A stretch of 64,000 nt of DNA from Escherichia phage vB_EcoM_VR20. The stretch is from sequence record NC_028894.1. The stretch is one strand, 5' to 3'. The notes below the pieces were generated by a model. The model made no database searches. It was given only the letters and a program-made list of their open reading frames with translations, and was not told where the DNA came from. Positions 9,735 through 19,417 of the stretch are shown piece by piece (within the stretch, counting starts at the first letter, position 1; the number at the start of each line of letters is the position of its first letter). The translations under genes and the position numbers were made by a program.

Positions 9735-9920
9735 TTATTTTTCAAATGTGCTATAGAACGAACGATGCAACCGTTTAAATTGACGAATCATCTTTTTGGT
9801 AGGACGAGTATACAATCCCACACAGGTGGCCATAAACTGGTCAGTAGGACTTCCTTTGATAAGAAGTTTCCAGACCTTGTCACCGTTTAACTTTTCAGTA
9901 TAGACTAATTTAGTTTTCAT
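9735..9920 (-). CDS. Hypothetical basic protein
   Basis: 61 aa ORF. Confidence 0.3.
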   Translation of the reverse strand: MKTKLVYTEKLNGDKVWKLLIKGSPTDQFMATCVGLYTRPTKKMIRQFKRLHRSFYSTFEK

Positions 9921-10189
9921 TAAACAATCCTAAAACAAGGATAATGGCAGTCAACGTTACCATTATCAATTATCATATACTCAGTGATACAGGTCCATGA
10001 CCCTTCAATTTCTATGGTATCAAAAAGGTATTCATCTGTTTCAACAACGTCCCAAACATTACATTTAACATCAGGGTCAAAACGTTGTCTTAACGCCTGG
10101 ATAACATCGCCATTTTTAAATCCTGCGTCTTTAAGCTCTTTCATAAAACCTGATTGAGCAGCATGAATATTAACAATTTCTAAAAACAT
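9920..10189 (-). CDS. Hypothetical protein
   Basis: 89 aa ORF. Confidence 0.35.
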   Translation of the reverse strand: MFLEIVNIHAAQSGFMKELKDAGFKNGDVIQALRQRFDPDVKCNVWDVVETDEYLFDTIEIEGSWTCITEYMIIDNGNVDCHYPCFRIV

Positions 10190-10479
10190 TAAAAGACCTC
10201 ATCAGAAAAGCGGAGTTGAGCTTCAAGCCAATGAATATAGTCAGCTGCAGCAAAAATTAAAGCAGATTCTTCATCGGGTAACTTACGAGAATCCGACAAT
10301 TCGTAAAGCGAATGTTCAATCAGACGGCCTTTATGACGGCCAACTTCAATTTTGGTACTCATATCCAAACTCCATATCGATTAAATCATTGTTTGAAGGT
10401 TCATTATAATCTATTTCGGAATCGTTGTAAACAGGTTCCTCTGGCTCGACAGTTTCCCATCGAGCGGTATACCATGGTT

Positions 10480-10812
10480 TTATAGCGTAATCCATTCTCT
10501 GATAGTTTGGGTTACGACACGTTCTTGGAGCTTAACCAGCTCAACAGTCGGGACCATATGGTCCCAGTCAGTATGATAAGAGCCGGTACGAGTTTCGTTT
10601 ACAGCCACATGCACATTATGTTTTTTACTGAAATAAATTGCCTGGCGATATTGGTATTTGCCGGTTTGTGTCCATTCGCCTAATTCAACCGGAACCAGGT
10701 AGTCCGAAAATTCAAACTCGTATGATTCAGTAAACGCATCATGGTCTTCAATGATTTCGCTTAAAACAGCATCAACATCTAATTCATTTTCAATAGTCAT
10801 TGGTCGCTCCAA
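10480..10812 (-). CDS. Hypothetical acidic protein
   Basis: 110 aa ORF. Confidence 0.4.
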   Translation of the reverse strand: MERPMTIENELDVDAVLSEIIEDHDAFTESYEFEFSDYLVPVELGEWTQTGKYQYRQAIYFSKKHNVHVAVNETRTGSYHTDWDHMVPTVELVKLQERVVTQTIREWITL

Positions 10813-11105
10813 TAGCTTGATACTTCAAAATCAGGCTCGCCGTTGTCCCAGTACCAAGGACCAACCGGATGCCAATCGCCATGCTTATCTTCTTCGTATA
10901 TTTCAGATTCAAGTCCAACATATTGCCATTGGACTTCATAAGCAGTGCCACCAATTACAACAGTGTTCTCACCGTACGGGTTAGCCACAGCAAAGTCAAT
11001 ACCTTCTTCTTTCGCCAGAGCTACCATGTATTCATAGAGTTTATATTCCAGGTCGTCTTCTTTACCGTCACCCAGATAAATTGTTTGTCCACTTAATTCA
11101 CTCAT
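10797..11105 (-). CDS. Hypothetical acidic, Trp/Tyr-rich protein
   Basis: 102 aa ORF. Confidence 0.4.
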   Translation of the reverse strand: MSELSGQTIYLGDGKEDDLEYKLYEYMVALAKEEGIDFAVANPYGENTVVIGGTAYEVQWQYVGLESEIYEEDKHGDWHPVGPWYWDNGEPDFEVSSYWSDQ

Positions 11106-11123
11106 AATTCCACCATAAATTCG

Positions 11124-11291
11124 TCAATCATTTAAAGTTCCAGAATGAAGCACCAACCAGAAATAAAGGCCAACAAATCATTGACGTCAGCCACCAACAA
11201 AAATCACCTGCACCGAAATCATCTAATTTAGCTAGGGTCTTAGCATACCCAATACCAATGATAATATACAAAACACCCAACATTAATTCAA
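11124..11291 (-). CDS. Small membrane protein (55 aa)
   Basis: ORF MIELMLGVLYIIIGIGYAK... read from reverse complement; below ORF-track cutoff. Confidence 0.3.
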
Positions 11292-11555
11292 TCATTTGAA
11301 ATATTCTCGCAGTTCATTGAACCCACCAATATGACTTCCGTCCGGAGCAAACACTTGGGGCATAGTCAAGCCAATTTGAGATTCGCGACCAAGTGCAGCC
11401 AGGAGTTGAGCAATCTTCTCATCAGCAAACACACCTTTTTCTGGCATAACGTTGATGAATTCGTAAGGTTGTTTTTTAACATCCAAAAAACGTTTTGCAT
11501 TATCGCAGAATACACAGCGATGAATAGATGAATCATAACCATATACTTTAAACAT
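11292..11555 (-). CDS. nrdC: Thioredoxin (glutaredoxin-like) NrdC
   Basis: 87 aa; MFKVYGYDSSIHRCVFCDNAKRFL...MPQVFAPDGSHIGGF matches T4 NrdC. Confidence 0.85.
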   Translation of the reverse strand: MFKVYGYDSSIHRCVFCDNAKRFLDVKKQPYEFINVMPEKGVFADEKIAQLLAALGRESQIGLTMPQVFAPDGSHIGGFNELREYFK

Positions 11556-11556
11556 A

Positions 11557-11814
11557 TTATTCCTTAATTCCTAATACTTGTTTGAAGGTCTCAGTATAAT
11601 CGGAGTATTGACCGGTTTGTTCTTTATGTTTGACCATAATACCATAAACATCTGAACGCATATTATTATATGAACGAGTTAAAGCAGATTTCAATACTGA
11701 ATAACTATCCGGAAGTTTACCGTGTTCTTTATAATAGGCCAGAGTTAATTCACGGACCGCCTTATCAGCAGTCTCAAGATATTCTTTACGCTTTGCCATT
11801 TTCTTCTCGCTCAA
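11557..11814 (-). CDS. Hypothetical protein (nrdC.1-position)
   Basis: 85 aa ORF. Confidence 0.4.
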   Translation of the reverse strand: MSEKKMAKRKEYLETADKAVRELTLAYYKEHGKLPDSYSVLKSALTRSYNNMRSDVYGIMVKHKEQTGQYSDYTETFKQVLGIKE

Positions 11815-12010
11815 ATCGGTGTTTACAATGTCTGCATTTATATTGAAGCGGAGAGCTACGCCAATAAGTCAATTGGACCTGTTCAGTTCCACATTCAGGG
11901 CAGTTCGGAACGTTTTTAGAAGCGCGTTCACGTCGTTCGACAATTTTAATAATCGCATTCCAATCAGGAATCCCGTATTCTGCAATGTCTTCTCTTAAAC
12001 GTTGTTTCAT
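11786..12010 (-). CDS. Small zinc-ribbon protein
   Basis: 74 aa with CPEC...CRHC two CxxC pairs. Confidence 0.4.
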   Translation of the reverse strand: MKQRLREDIAEYGIPDWNAIIKIVERRERASKNVPNCPECGTEQVQLTYWRSSPLQYKCRHCKHRFEREENGKA

Positions 12011-12999
12011 TTCAGCAGCTCCAGAGCCTGCTCCAGTTTATCCAGACGATTGGTTGATTCTTCCCAAAGTCGCTTGACTTTTGTATAGTCTTCCGTTGCC
12101 TTTTTATTAACAGCAAGAGCTTCATTATACGCTGTTTCCAGGGCAACAATTTCAGGCGCTTTTTGTTTCACTGGTTCATTATTCAGATTATCAATCAGGT
12201 CTTCAAGGGTGGTAACTTCTTGCGGTGTATTCATAATTTCCTCATTTTTCTTTTTATAGATTTCTGCAATAGTTGGTTGTTTTGCGCATTTAACTTCGCG
12301 TAATGTCACCGCAATTTTCCAACCTTTCCAACCATGAGCACTGGTGATAGGGTCTACTTTAATTTTTTCAACAGTGCGCATATAATTAAGGGCACACTGT
12401 ACCTGATGAGTAAGAACACATGCAATATCAAGATACTTTTTAACATTTTCTGGGGTAGCTTGTGGAGTAAAGAACTCATACTTAACTGTAATAATTACCT
12501 GGTTTTCACCAGACTCTTTAACATTTATCATGTGCTCAGCCAGATGGGAGATAGTGCGAAAATCACCACCCATCAATTTTGTCGCTGATTTGATGATAGA
12601 CATTTTGTTATCTCTGAATTCACGTGCCCAGCAATTTGCGAATTCAGAAGCAGTATAGCCTTGTTTATCGAGATAGTATTTTTCAACATCACCAAACCAA
12701 TGATATCCAATTGTACCTTTACCGCGTCTGGATTCAACACCAAACTTATTAAGAAGGTCTTTATTAACCAGGTATGCCAGGACTCGGGAACCTTTAAAAG
12801 TTTTCTTGATATCATCGTTACCAGCACGACTCGCAATAGTTGCAATGTCTTTCTTGAAGCGGCCAGATGCAACAATCGTCGAGTCAATCTGATTTAACCA
12901 GAAATTGATAATTGAAAGGATAGCCGATTCACCTATTAATGGTTTTACTTTTGAATCGATAGTGGTGTTAAAGGCCTGGATATATTCATTACGTGTCAT
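12007..12999 (-). CDS. Hypothetical protein with C-terminal coiled coil
   Basis: 330 aa; C-terminal ~60 aa heptad-like KxxE-rich helix ending [12 protein letters not shown]. Confidence 0.5.
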   Translation of the reverse strand: MTRNEYIQAFNTTIDSKVKPLIGESAILSIINFWLNQIDSTIVASGRFKKDIATIASRAGNDDIKKTFKGSRVLAYLVNKDLLNKFGVESRRGKGTIGYHWFGDVEKYYLDKQGYTASEFANCWAREFRDNKMSIIKSATKLMGGDFRTISHLAEHMINVKESGENQVIITVKYEFFTPQATPENVKKYLDIACVLTHQVQCALNYMRTVEKIKVDPITSAHGWKGWKIAVTLREVKCAKQPTIAEIYKKKNEEIMNTPQEVTTLEDLIDNLNNEPVKQKAPEIVALETAYNEALAVNKKATEDYTKVKRLWEESTNRLDKLEQALELLK

Positions 13000-13057
13000 A
13001 GTGTTCTCCTCATAAAGTAGGAATTCATTATACTCCCTCCATCCTTGGAAGTAAACA

Positions 13058-13990
13058 TTATTTTAATGCTTTGATTGCAGCTTGCAATTTATTGCGTTGT
13101 TTTTCCATGTTCTTGATGCGATTCAGAACATCCTGGATACCCTTTTTCTCATCTTCAATCAGACCATTTAAACGGTTGACTGATTCCTGGATAGTATCAG
13201 CATGATAGCTCTCAATAGGCTTCATCGTAGGGTTAGTAACCACTATAGAATTATAAGGTTTAATTTTCCACTGATACTGTTTGGAATCGAATGGACCAGG
13301 CACCGCGGTGGTTTTGAATTTGTCATAGGCTGCATACTGGCCTACGCTGTCACATGATACTGTAGAGGTAGCGATAGAGATACGTTCCATTTCTGGTTCC
13401 TTTTTCTCTTGATAAGGAGCATAAGACAAAAGATATTCTTTAGTTAATTTAATATCAATGGCTATAGTTTTAAGGAATTTTTCCGTTTGGTGGATATAAT
13501 TTGTATCTTCATCAAACGTGTACGATTCAACAGCATGGCGCATATAAAACAGCGCAATACCCATAACCTCTTTAAAGTTATGACAAAGAGCAACATCGCC
13601 CTTGGTGGTTGGTTTGAACTTAATCTGTACACCATCATTCTTGATATTGATAATCAAGTTGTCAGAGTTAAAATTATAGTTCTTGATGTTAACCGGAGCT
13701 TTGCGAATACGAAATCCGCCGGCCAGAATTTCCTTGATACTCTTACGAACCGTGGCACCAAACAAAAACGCTGGGCGGCGGCAGTAATCATTCAGAGAGT
13801 TAATTCTTACAATACGTTGGCCATACCCCTGGGTAGCAGAACCTGATTTGATTTTGCCAAAGTTAACCAAAGAATTCATTGCGATAAGACGAGTCACACG
13901 ACCGTCATGTGGTTCATAACTACTAGCATATTCAGCGCGAGTTTTAATTTTCATATCATAGTCCAAATAATTTTTCATAAAATTTAGCAA
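13058..13990 (-). CDS. Hypothetical protein with C-terminal coiled coil
   Basis: 310 aa; C-terminus ...LIEDEKKGIQDVLNRIKNMEKQRNKLQAAIKALK. Confidence 0.5.
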   Translation of the reverse strand: MLNFMKNYLDYDMKIKTRAEYASSYEPHDGRVTRLIAMNSLVNFGKIKSGSATQGYGQRIVRINSLNDYCRRPAFLFGATVRKSIKEILAGGFRIRKAPVNIKNYNFNSDNLIINIKNDGVQIKFKPTTKGDVALCHNFKEVMGIALFYMRHAVESYTFDEDTNYIHQTEKFLKTIAIDIKLTKEYLLSYAPYQEKKEPEMERISIATSTVSCDSVGQYAAYDKFKTTAVPGPFDSKQYQWKIKPYNSIVVTNPTMKPIESYHADTIQESVNRLNGLIEDEKKGIQDVLNRIKNMEKQRNKLQAAIKALK

Positions 13991-14171
13991 TAGGCCAAAA
14001 CACCATCATAATTGCCCAAACAAACCAAAGCAGAGGCCATACTAGTGTAATGAATACTGCGTCATAGCTTGATTCAATTTCGATTGGATTCCAATCACCC
14101 GATTTATGAATGATAATGGTCGTTATGAATCCTAGCACAAAGTAAAGGAGAATAAAACCTACTATTTCCAT
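13956..14171 (-). CDS. Small membrane protein
   Basis: 71 aa, two hydrophobic segments. Confidence 0.4.
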   Translation of the reverse strand: MEIVGFILLYFVLGFITTIIIHKSGDWNPIEIESSYDAVFITLVWPLLWFVWAIMMVFWPIAKFYEKLFGL

Positions 14172-14257
14172 ATTAACCTACACGATATTTGAGAATATAA
14201 GCCACAGAATACCTGTGGCGACAATTACATAACCAAGAACAGCAAGCCATTCCATCA

Positions 14258-15106
14258 TTAATCCTTAAGCAATTCAATAACGTTCATCAGTTTTTGACGT
14301 TCAGCTTTTGCTGCACTGTTCAGTCCTGACAGGCGGAAAATTTCATCATCTTGTTGCTGGATGGTGATGTTAAGTTCTTCAATCTGTTTAGTGAAAAGCT
14401 CAATTTGCTCTGAATATTTTTCATTGCTTCGCACTGGAACAGGTTCCATTTTAGGAGCTTGCTCTGAAGGACTATCAACTACAACTCGGTCTTTAATTTG
14501 ACATAATTTAATACGCTGGACGCCTCCAGTTTTAACATCATAAAATACAAGAATTCCATGGGTCTCTAGTTCAGACAAAGCCAAACGGAGGTGGAATTTC
14601 CAGTTTTCGTATTGACATCCGCTAAAAGAAGAAATACTGTATTCGCCTTCATTTTGACCTTTAATAACATTAAATAGTTTGTAATCTAAAGAATTATTGG
14701 TTTTAAAGGTCATTTGTTTATCTTGACCGCTTGCCAGACGAGCACCAAGAGCTAATAAACGTCGTTGGTTAGTATGAAGGTCTTTGACCACTTCATCAAA
14801 TGTCATGGTGCTAATCGCACGACCATAAAGGTCATAACCTTTATTATAATTTTTAAGTAAAATTTTGGCATTAGCACGAGACAACATACCCGAACGTTGA
14901 AGAGATTTCATGACTCGGTCTTCTAATGTAAGCAAGCCCGTTGTTTTATTAAAGATTTTAGTGAATTCAGCAGAATTAGTACAAACATTGAACTTATTCC
15001 ACATCATATATAAAACATTTAAAACCACATCTTTAGTGCTCGGAATACTGTTAAATTTAACAACTTTTTTAACTTCAGAACGAATTTCATTAATTGCTTG
15101 TGACAT
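14258..15106 (-). CDS. Hypothetical protein with C-terminal coiled coil
   Basis: 282 aa; C-terminus ...EQIELFTKQIEELNITIQQQDDEIFRL...RQKLMNVIELLKD. Confidence 0.5.
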   Translation of the reverse strand: MSQAINEIRSEVKKVVKFNSIPSTKDVVLNVLYMMWNKFNVCTNSAEFTKIFNKTTGLLTLEDRVMKSLQRSGMLSRANAKILLKNYNKGYDLYGRAISTMTFDEVVKDLHTNQRRLLALGARLASGQDKQMTFKTNNSLDYKLFNVIKGQNEGEYSISSFSGCQYENWKFHLRLALSELETHGILVFYDVKTGGVQRIKLCQIKDRVVVDSPSEQAPKMEPVPVRSNEKYSEQIELFTKQIEELNITIQQQDDEIFRLSGLNSAAKAERQKLMNVIELLKD

Positions 15107-15169
15107 ATTATTTTCCTCAATAGATTAATCAAAGGTCAGAACCATTATACCATCCTTGGTATAAAGCGT

Positions 15170-15694
15170 TTATGCGAGAACCGTCTTTAAACGCTCTTCA
15201 AACTTCTGAAGGAGTACATGGCGCTCTGCTCTTTGTTTGATATAGGTTTCAATACGCTCTGAAGTGAGATTGTATTGTTCATTAACTGATTCCCTCATGA
15301 ATTCAGGAATCTCTTTACATGCTTTGATTTCATTGAACTTATCAAGCACCGCTTGTTGTTCAGCAATCAGACCATCATAATATTGGATATCTGATTTGAT
15401 GTTTTGTACATCAGATTCAGTAGGCATATTTTTCTTTGCTCTTGCCGCTTGATATTCTGCATTAGTCTCTCTTGACCAGAACAAAGAGCGGTTTTTGTTG
15501 GTGTTTTTATATACATCAACAATACCAACTGAATCAACAGTCACAATCCAGTTCCAGGCGTTTTTATAAGTTTGACCACCTGATACTGTAATCTCACCCG
15601 CACAAGCAACATCATTAAAGAACTTGCTTTGCGCTTCTGATTTAAAATTACCATTATTGTAATTAATCAGATTAAAGATTGATTTAGCTTCCAT
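15170..15694 (-). CDS. Hypothetical protein
   Basis: 174 aa ORF preceded by class II leader cassette. Confidence 0.45.
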   Translation of the reverse strand: MEAKSIFNLINYNNGNFKSEAQSKFFNDVACAGEITVSGGQTYKNAWNWIVTVDSVGIVDVYKNTNKNRSLFWSRETNAEYQAARAKKNMPTESDVQNIKSDIQYYDGLIAEQQAVLDKFNEIKACKEIPEFMRESVNEQYNLTSERIETYIKQRAERHVLLQKFEERLKTVLA

Positions 15695-15699
15695 TTTAT

Positions 15700-15760
15700 T
15701 CTCCAGTATTTGGTAACTCAGTATGGGAACATTATACGTCTATCCCCATACTATGTACAC
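15700..15760 (-). promoter_or_regulatory. Class II promoter/leader cassette
   Basis: GTGTACA...CGTATAATGTTCCCATACTGAGTTACCAAATACTGGAGAATAAA-ATG. Confidence 0.45.
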
Positions 15761-15762
15761 CT

Positions 15763-16065
15763 TTAATTAAAAGTTCTTTCAGTATTTTCACCACTGAACC
15801 AGACGCTCTTAACAGCTTGCTGGGCACGATGAAGCTGCTCTGCCATATAAACACCAAGGGCCTCAGCTTTACGTGTCCTGTGGGCTTCTGCGGCGACCAT
15901 TTGCAGCTTATCCATCATGATAAGAGCTTTACATTTCTCCTTCAGAGCATATCGCTTTTTCTCTTCTGGAGTTTTGACCATTCCTCTTAACTTGTGCATT
16001 TTCAACTTAAAATGGTCAGCAGATTTCAGACATGCCTCAATCATGTCAAGTTCATACTTTTTCAT
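15763..16065 (-). CDS. Hypothetical basic helical protein
   Basis: 100 aa ORF. Confidence 0.4.
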   Translation of the reverse strand: MKKYELDMIEACLKSADHFKLKMHKLRGMVKTPEEKKRYALKEKCKALIMMDKLQMVAAEAHRTRKAEALGVYMAEQLHRAQQAVKSVWFSGENTERTFN

Positions 16066-16071
16066 AATTCC

Positions 16072-16290
16072 TCACTTGCGACGACGTTTTGGTAATGGTT
16101 TAGGGAAGAACATTGCTTTACCTGCAGGGGTCAAAGTCACACGCAAAGCATTACCAATACCAAGGGATGCTTTAACCAGACCTTTGGCTTTTAACTCGCC
16201 AAATGCTTGACGTTGTTCAGGGTCACGAGTGTTAACCATCAGACCTTTTTCACCAGCAGCTTTGATTAATTCTAACATTTTATTCTCCAT
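16072..16290 (-). CDS. Hypothetical small basic protein
   Basis: 72 aa; preceded by class II leader cassette and terminator. Confidence 0.4.
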   Translation of the reverse strand: MENKMLELIKAAGEKGLMVNTRDPEQRQAFGELKAKGLVKASLGIGNALRVTLTPAGKAMFFPKPLPKRRRK

Positions 16291-16291
16291 T

Positions 16292-16350
16292 TGTTTATTT
16301 GGTAACTCAGTATGGAATCATTATGCATCATGACCATCTGGTTGTACACT
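16292..16350 (-). promoter_or_regulatory. Class II promoter/leader cassette
   Basis: GTGTACA-17bp-GCATAATGATTCCATACTGAGTTACCAAATAAACAAATGGAGAATAAA-ATG. Confidence 0.5.
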
Positions 16351-16356
16351 ACTTTT

Positions 16357-16386
16357 TAAAATAAAAAAGGACCCCGAAGGGTCCTT
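16357..16386 (-). terminator. Rho-independent terminator
   Basis: GGACCCcgaaGGGTCC hairpin followed on minus strand by TTTTTTATTTT; immediately downstream of 16392..17402. Confidence 0.6.
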
Positions 16387-16391
16387 AGAAT

Positions 16392-17402
16392 TTAACGATA
16401 ATAGGAATTGTGGTTGTCAAGATATACCTCTTCAACAAACTTGTCCCAGAACTTCATGTCTACCTTATCAGGCATACCATTCTTAGCGGCCCAGATGGCA
16501 TTAGTTTCGACTTCATCAATGATAGCTTCAAGTTCGGCCTGTACATCTTTAAAAGCATGAAGCCCTTGTTTGATTTCAAGGATAAATGGTGCTGTACGTA
16601 AAGGATATTGGAGGTCACCAGTTTGATAGATTTCCTTCAACTGGTATCCAGCACGATAAGCATGGCTCAGAGCTTTCCAGTCAATACCTTCATTGGCTTC
16701 TGCCTTACGAGCACGTTCACCATATTCGGCATCGAGTTTATTCAGAGATTGCTTGAGCTCGATTAAAGACAAGGTGGTTTGGTACTTACGTCCAAGAACA
16801 GTATAGAACGTTTGAGGGCCTGTTTTCTCGTGGTTATGGAATACCCATTCACAGAACTCATTTTCAGGGAGTCGATGTTTGATATCTTCTACCTTAGTGC
16901 GACGTTGCTTAGTCGAACCATCTTCTTGATAGTCGACCCACTGTTCAGGAATCTGGTTAACGATTGCCAGTACACCACGTAGAGCGGCCAATCGAGAACC
17001 TTTAACACCATACTTAGAAGCTTGCTTGCGGACATAACCCAAATAGGCTTTCATGTTAGTTGTATAGAACCGTGAACGGTTATCCTGGATAAACTTCCAT
17101 ACATCTGGTAAATCGGATTTGACAACCAGGTCAGCCGGGGTGTGAATCATATCCAGGGCAACGGTTTCGCCTTCGGCCGCCAGTTTAAAGAAATATTTCA
17201 GACTATAAAGTTCATGGTCAACATCATCTTTTGTATTTTTGGTAGCCGTGTTATTCGTGTTCAGGTTGGTATGGTTCATCGCCGTCCCAAGTAGAATATC
17301 ACGAGGATGTGGAACAAAGATTTCTTTAAAATCGACATCAGATTCTGGGGTACTTGTTCCATAAAGGTGGCTACCGAAGTAGCCTTTCATAACTGTTCTC
17401 AT
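16392..17402 (-). CDS. Predicted nucleotidyltransferase-fold protein (Pol-beta superfamily-like)
   Basis: 336 aa; N-terminal GSHLYGTSTPESDVDFK fits G[SG]x9-13[DE]h[DE]h signature; start at internal Met with GAGGA SD; ATGA overlap with upstream membrane ORF. Confidence 0.5.
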   Translation of the reverse strand: MRTVMKGYFGSHLYGTSTPESDVDFKEIFVPHPRDILLGTAMNHTNLNTNNTATKNTKDDVDHELYSLKYFFKLAAEGETVALDMIHTPADLVVKSDLPDVWKFIQDNRSRFYTTNMKAYLGYVRKQASKYGVKGSRLAALRGVLAIVNQIPEQWVDYQEDGSTKQRRTKVEDIKHRLPENEFCEWVFHNHEKTGPQTFYTVLGRKYQTTLSLIELKQSLNKLDAEYGERARKAEANEGIDWKALSHAYRAGYQLKEIYQTGDLQYPLRTAPFILEIKQGLHAFKDVQAELEAIIDEVETNAIWAAKNGMPDKVDMKFWDKFVEEVYLDNHNSYYR

Positions 17403-17851
17403 TTTTTGTCCTCGAAGTGGATTACAGGACACATCTTAGATTTACGAGCTTTAATGTATTGAATAACGATGTTTTCTTTAGTTTCCTTTCCTTCACGTTT
17501 GGCTAGAATACGTTGCCATTCCTTTTCTTCTTTATGTAAATCATACCAGGACCATAAATTCATTAGACCATACATTAAACCAAATGCTACCGCCAGAATA
17601 AGAGCCAGTGTAGCTAGTCCTAAAATAAACCCTAAGCCTAAACCGACCGGGGTACTTAATACAAAGAAATGCTCTAATACACCGGCCCCCGCGACAGTTA
17701 ATCCAAAAACCATACTACCGATAAAAATGGCACAAACAAAACAAGCCCAAACCATTTTCCAAAAGTAAGCACACAATGAGTGTGGACGAGAATGGCGGTC
17801 ATAAAAACGGTCATGGAAGCGAGCGTGCCAAGAGTTTGCATTGATAATCAT
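17399..17851 (-). CDS. Integral membrane protein
   Basis: 150 aa; hydrophobic segments FVCAIFIGSMVFGLTVAGAGVL and LGLGFILGLATLALILAVAFGLMYGL. Confidence 0.5.
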   Translation of the reverse strand: MIINANSWHARFHDRFYDRHSRPHSLCAYFWKMVWACFVCAIFIGSMVFGLTVAGAGVLEHFFVLSTPVGLGLGFILGLATLALILAVAFGLMYGLMNLWSWYDLHKEEKEWQRILAKREGKETKENIVIQYIKARKSKMCPVIHFEDKK

Positions 17852-17861
17852 AATATTTTCC

Positions 17862-18419
17862 TTAAGAGTTCATAGTTGGGATAACAGAGTTCAGATAAGA
17901 GACTAAAACTTTTAGCTCGTCCTTAGTAAATACCACTTCACTTTCACCGTCGTGGGTCTGAACGATGGATAATAAGTCACGACCCTCGTGTTGATGAACC
18001 GTAAGCTCTGTATTATAATCGCCTTCTTCGTCACCTTCAAACGTTTCACTAGAACGAATCAGTGCATCTTGACCAGGGACTTTCCATTCAACTTCTGGCT
18101 TGCATTCTTCCTGGAAGAGTTTGAAAATACAATCAAAGAATTTATCAGAATCGCTGATGCTCAGACATTCAATACCATTTTCCAGATTAAACCCGTTTTC
18201 GTTTTTATAGATATAGGCATACATATCATCATTGATATCAATAGGAGCACTAGCACGACCATTAAGATAATCGTGTCTATCCAAAACCATTAAATCATAA
18301 AGCGGTTTAATATCAGCGATAGTCAGCACGATTTTATCGTCTTCTTGTGAAAGCTCAATTGCGTTATTAACTACTTCAGCGGTCAGTTCGCCAAACAATT
18401 CAGTTGTTTCAATAATCAT
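17862..18419 (-). CDS. Hypothetical acidic protein
   Basis: 185 aa ORF. Confidence 0.45.
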   Translation of the reverse strand: MIIETTELFGELTAEVVNNAIELSQEDDKIVLTIADIKPLYDLMVLDRHDYLNGRASAPIDINDDMYAYIYKNENGFNLENGIECLSISDSDKFFDCIFKLFQEECKPEVEWKVPGQDALIRSSETFEGDEEGDYNTELTVHQHEGRDLLSIVQTHDGESEVVFTKDELKVLVSYLNSVIPTMNS

Positions 18420-18429
18420 TTTCTGTTCC

Positions 18430-18720
18430 TCAACGGTTATGTTTTAAAATACTATAAAGAGCTTCTACTTGGCTTGCATCCAGGTAAATAACATCATCAT
18501 CTTGCTCAATGGAAATCCCACCAGTATTGCCTTCAACGAAATTACATTCGCACACTTCAACGGGGCGGTATACGTCACCAACTGGATGTTCAGGCTCCAG
18601 AACAATCACACCATTTTCAGAATTACCACTTGGGTCGTATAACATTACAGTTTCCTCGCTAACCATGAAAAGAATAAACCAATTAAAACAGGCCCTACAG
18701 CCATTATTAACCAAGCCCAA
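18430..18720 (-). CDS. Hypothetical protein
   Basis: 96 aa ORF. Confidence 0.35.
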   Translation of the reverse strand: MGLVNNGCRACFNWFILFMVSEETVMLYDPSGNSENGVIVLEPEHPVGDVYRPVEVCECNFVEGNTGGISIEQDDDVIYLDASQVEALYSILKHNR

Positions 18721-18736
18721 GGTTCAAGATAGTAAA

Positions 18737-18994
18737 TCATCTCATGCTCCTATGCCAACAGTTACGTGGCTCACGTTTAAAAATTTCATCATGCATTGAT
18801 TGACAACCAACACAATATATCACACCTTTAATCGCTTGTCTCCGCGCTTCAGGAATTTTTTCGTCGCAGTCAAAACAGAATTCAGCAGACTCCCTTTCAA
18901 CTGCAACCTGTGCTCTCGCATAGGTGATAGCGGCTTGTACAACCGCTTCCATCTCTAACTGTTCAGCGCCATCTTTTGCAAATCCAACAGCCAT
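18737..18994 (-). CDS. TraR/DksA-type C4 zinc-finger protein
   Basis: 85 aa; CFDCDEKIPEARRQAIKGVIYCVGCQ (CxxC-x17-CxxC) after an N-terminal helix. Confidence 0.5.
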   Translation of the reverse strand: MAVGFAKDGAEQLEMEAVVQAAITYARAQVAVERESAEFCFDCDEKIPEARRQAIKGVIYCVGCQSMHDEIFKREPRNCWHRSMR

Positions 18995-19176
18995 TATTCT
19001 TTCAACCCATTCAGATATTCAACCAAATTAGCTTTAGAGTTATTCAAATCACGCTTACACTGTTCTATTCCAGAATATGAATATCCTTCACATAATTCCA
19101 CTGCCAGGTCATTAGATGCGTTTTCAATATGCCAGGCAAGTTTAATAATTTTTTCAATTTGTTCAGTAGTTAACAT
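18994..19176 (-). CDS. Hypothetical protein
   Basis: 60 aa ORF. Confidence 0.3.
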   Translation of the reverse strand: MLTTEQIEKIIKLAWHIENASNDLAVELCEGYSYSGIEQCKRDLNNSKANLVEYLNGLKE

Positions 19177-19180
19177 AATA

Positions 19181-19417
19181 TCACCAGTATTTGTTGATGG
19201 TAGAAATTAATTCTTGGACTTGAGTATTTTTCAGTTTACACCCGCAACTTTTTAATGTTTCTTTAAAAAGCTCAACCTCTTTAAGCTGTTCCTTTTCCAG
19301 GCGGATTCTGTACCCCCTGTAATCAGCAAATATGCTTCTGTCATCAAATATCTTAATTTCAAGAATATGATTGTTGGTTTCATATTCCAATGAAACCATA
19401 GTATTTGTAAGTTTCAT
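19181..19417 (-). CDS. Hypothetical protein
   Basis: 78 aa ORF. Confidence 0.35.
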   Translation of the reverse strand: MKLTNTMVSLEYETNNHILEIKIFDDRSIFADYRGYRIRLEKEQLKEVELFKETLKSCGCKLKNTQVQELISTINKYW

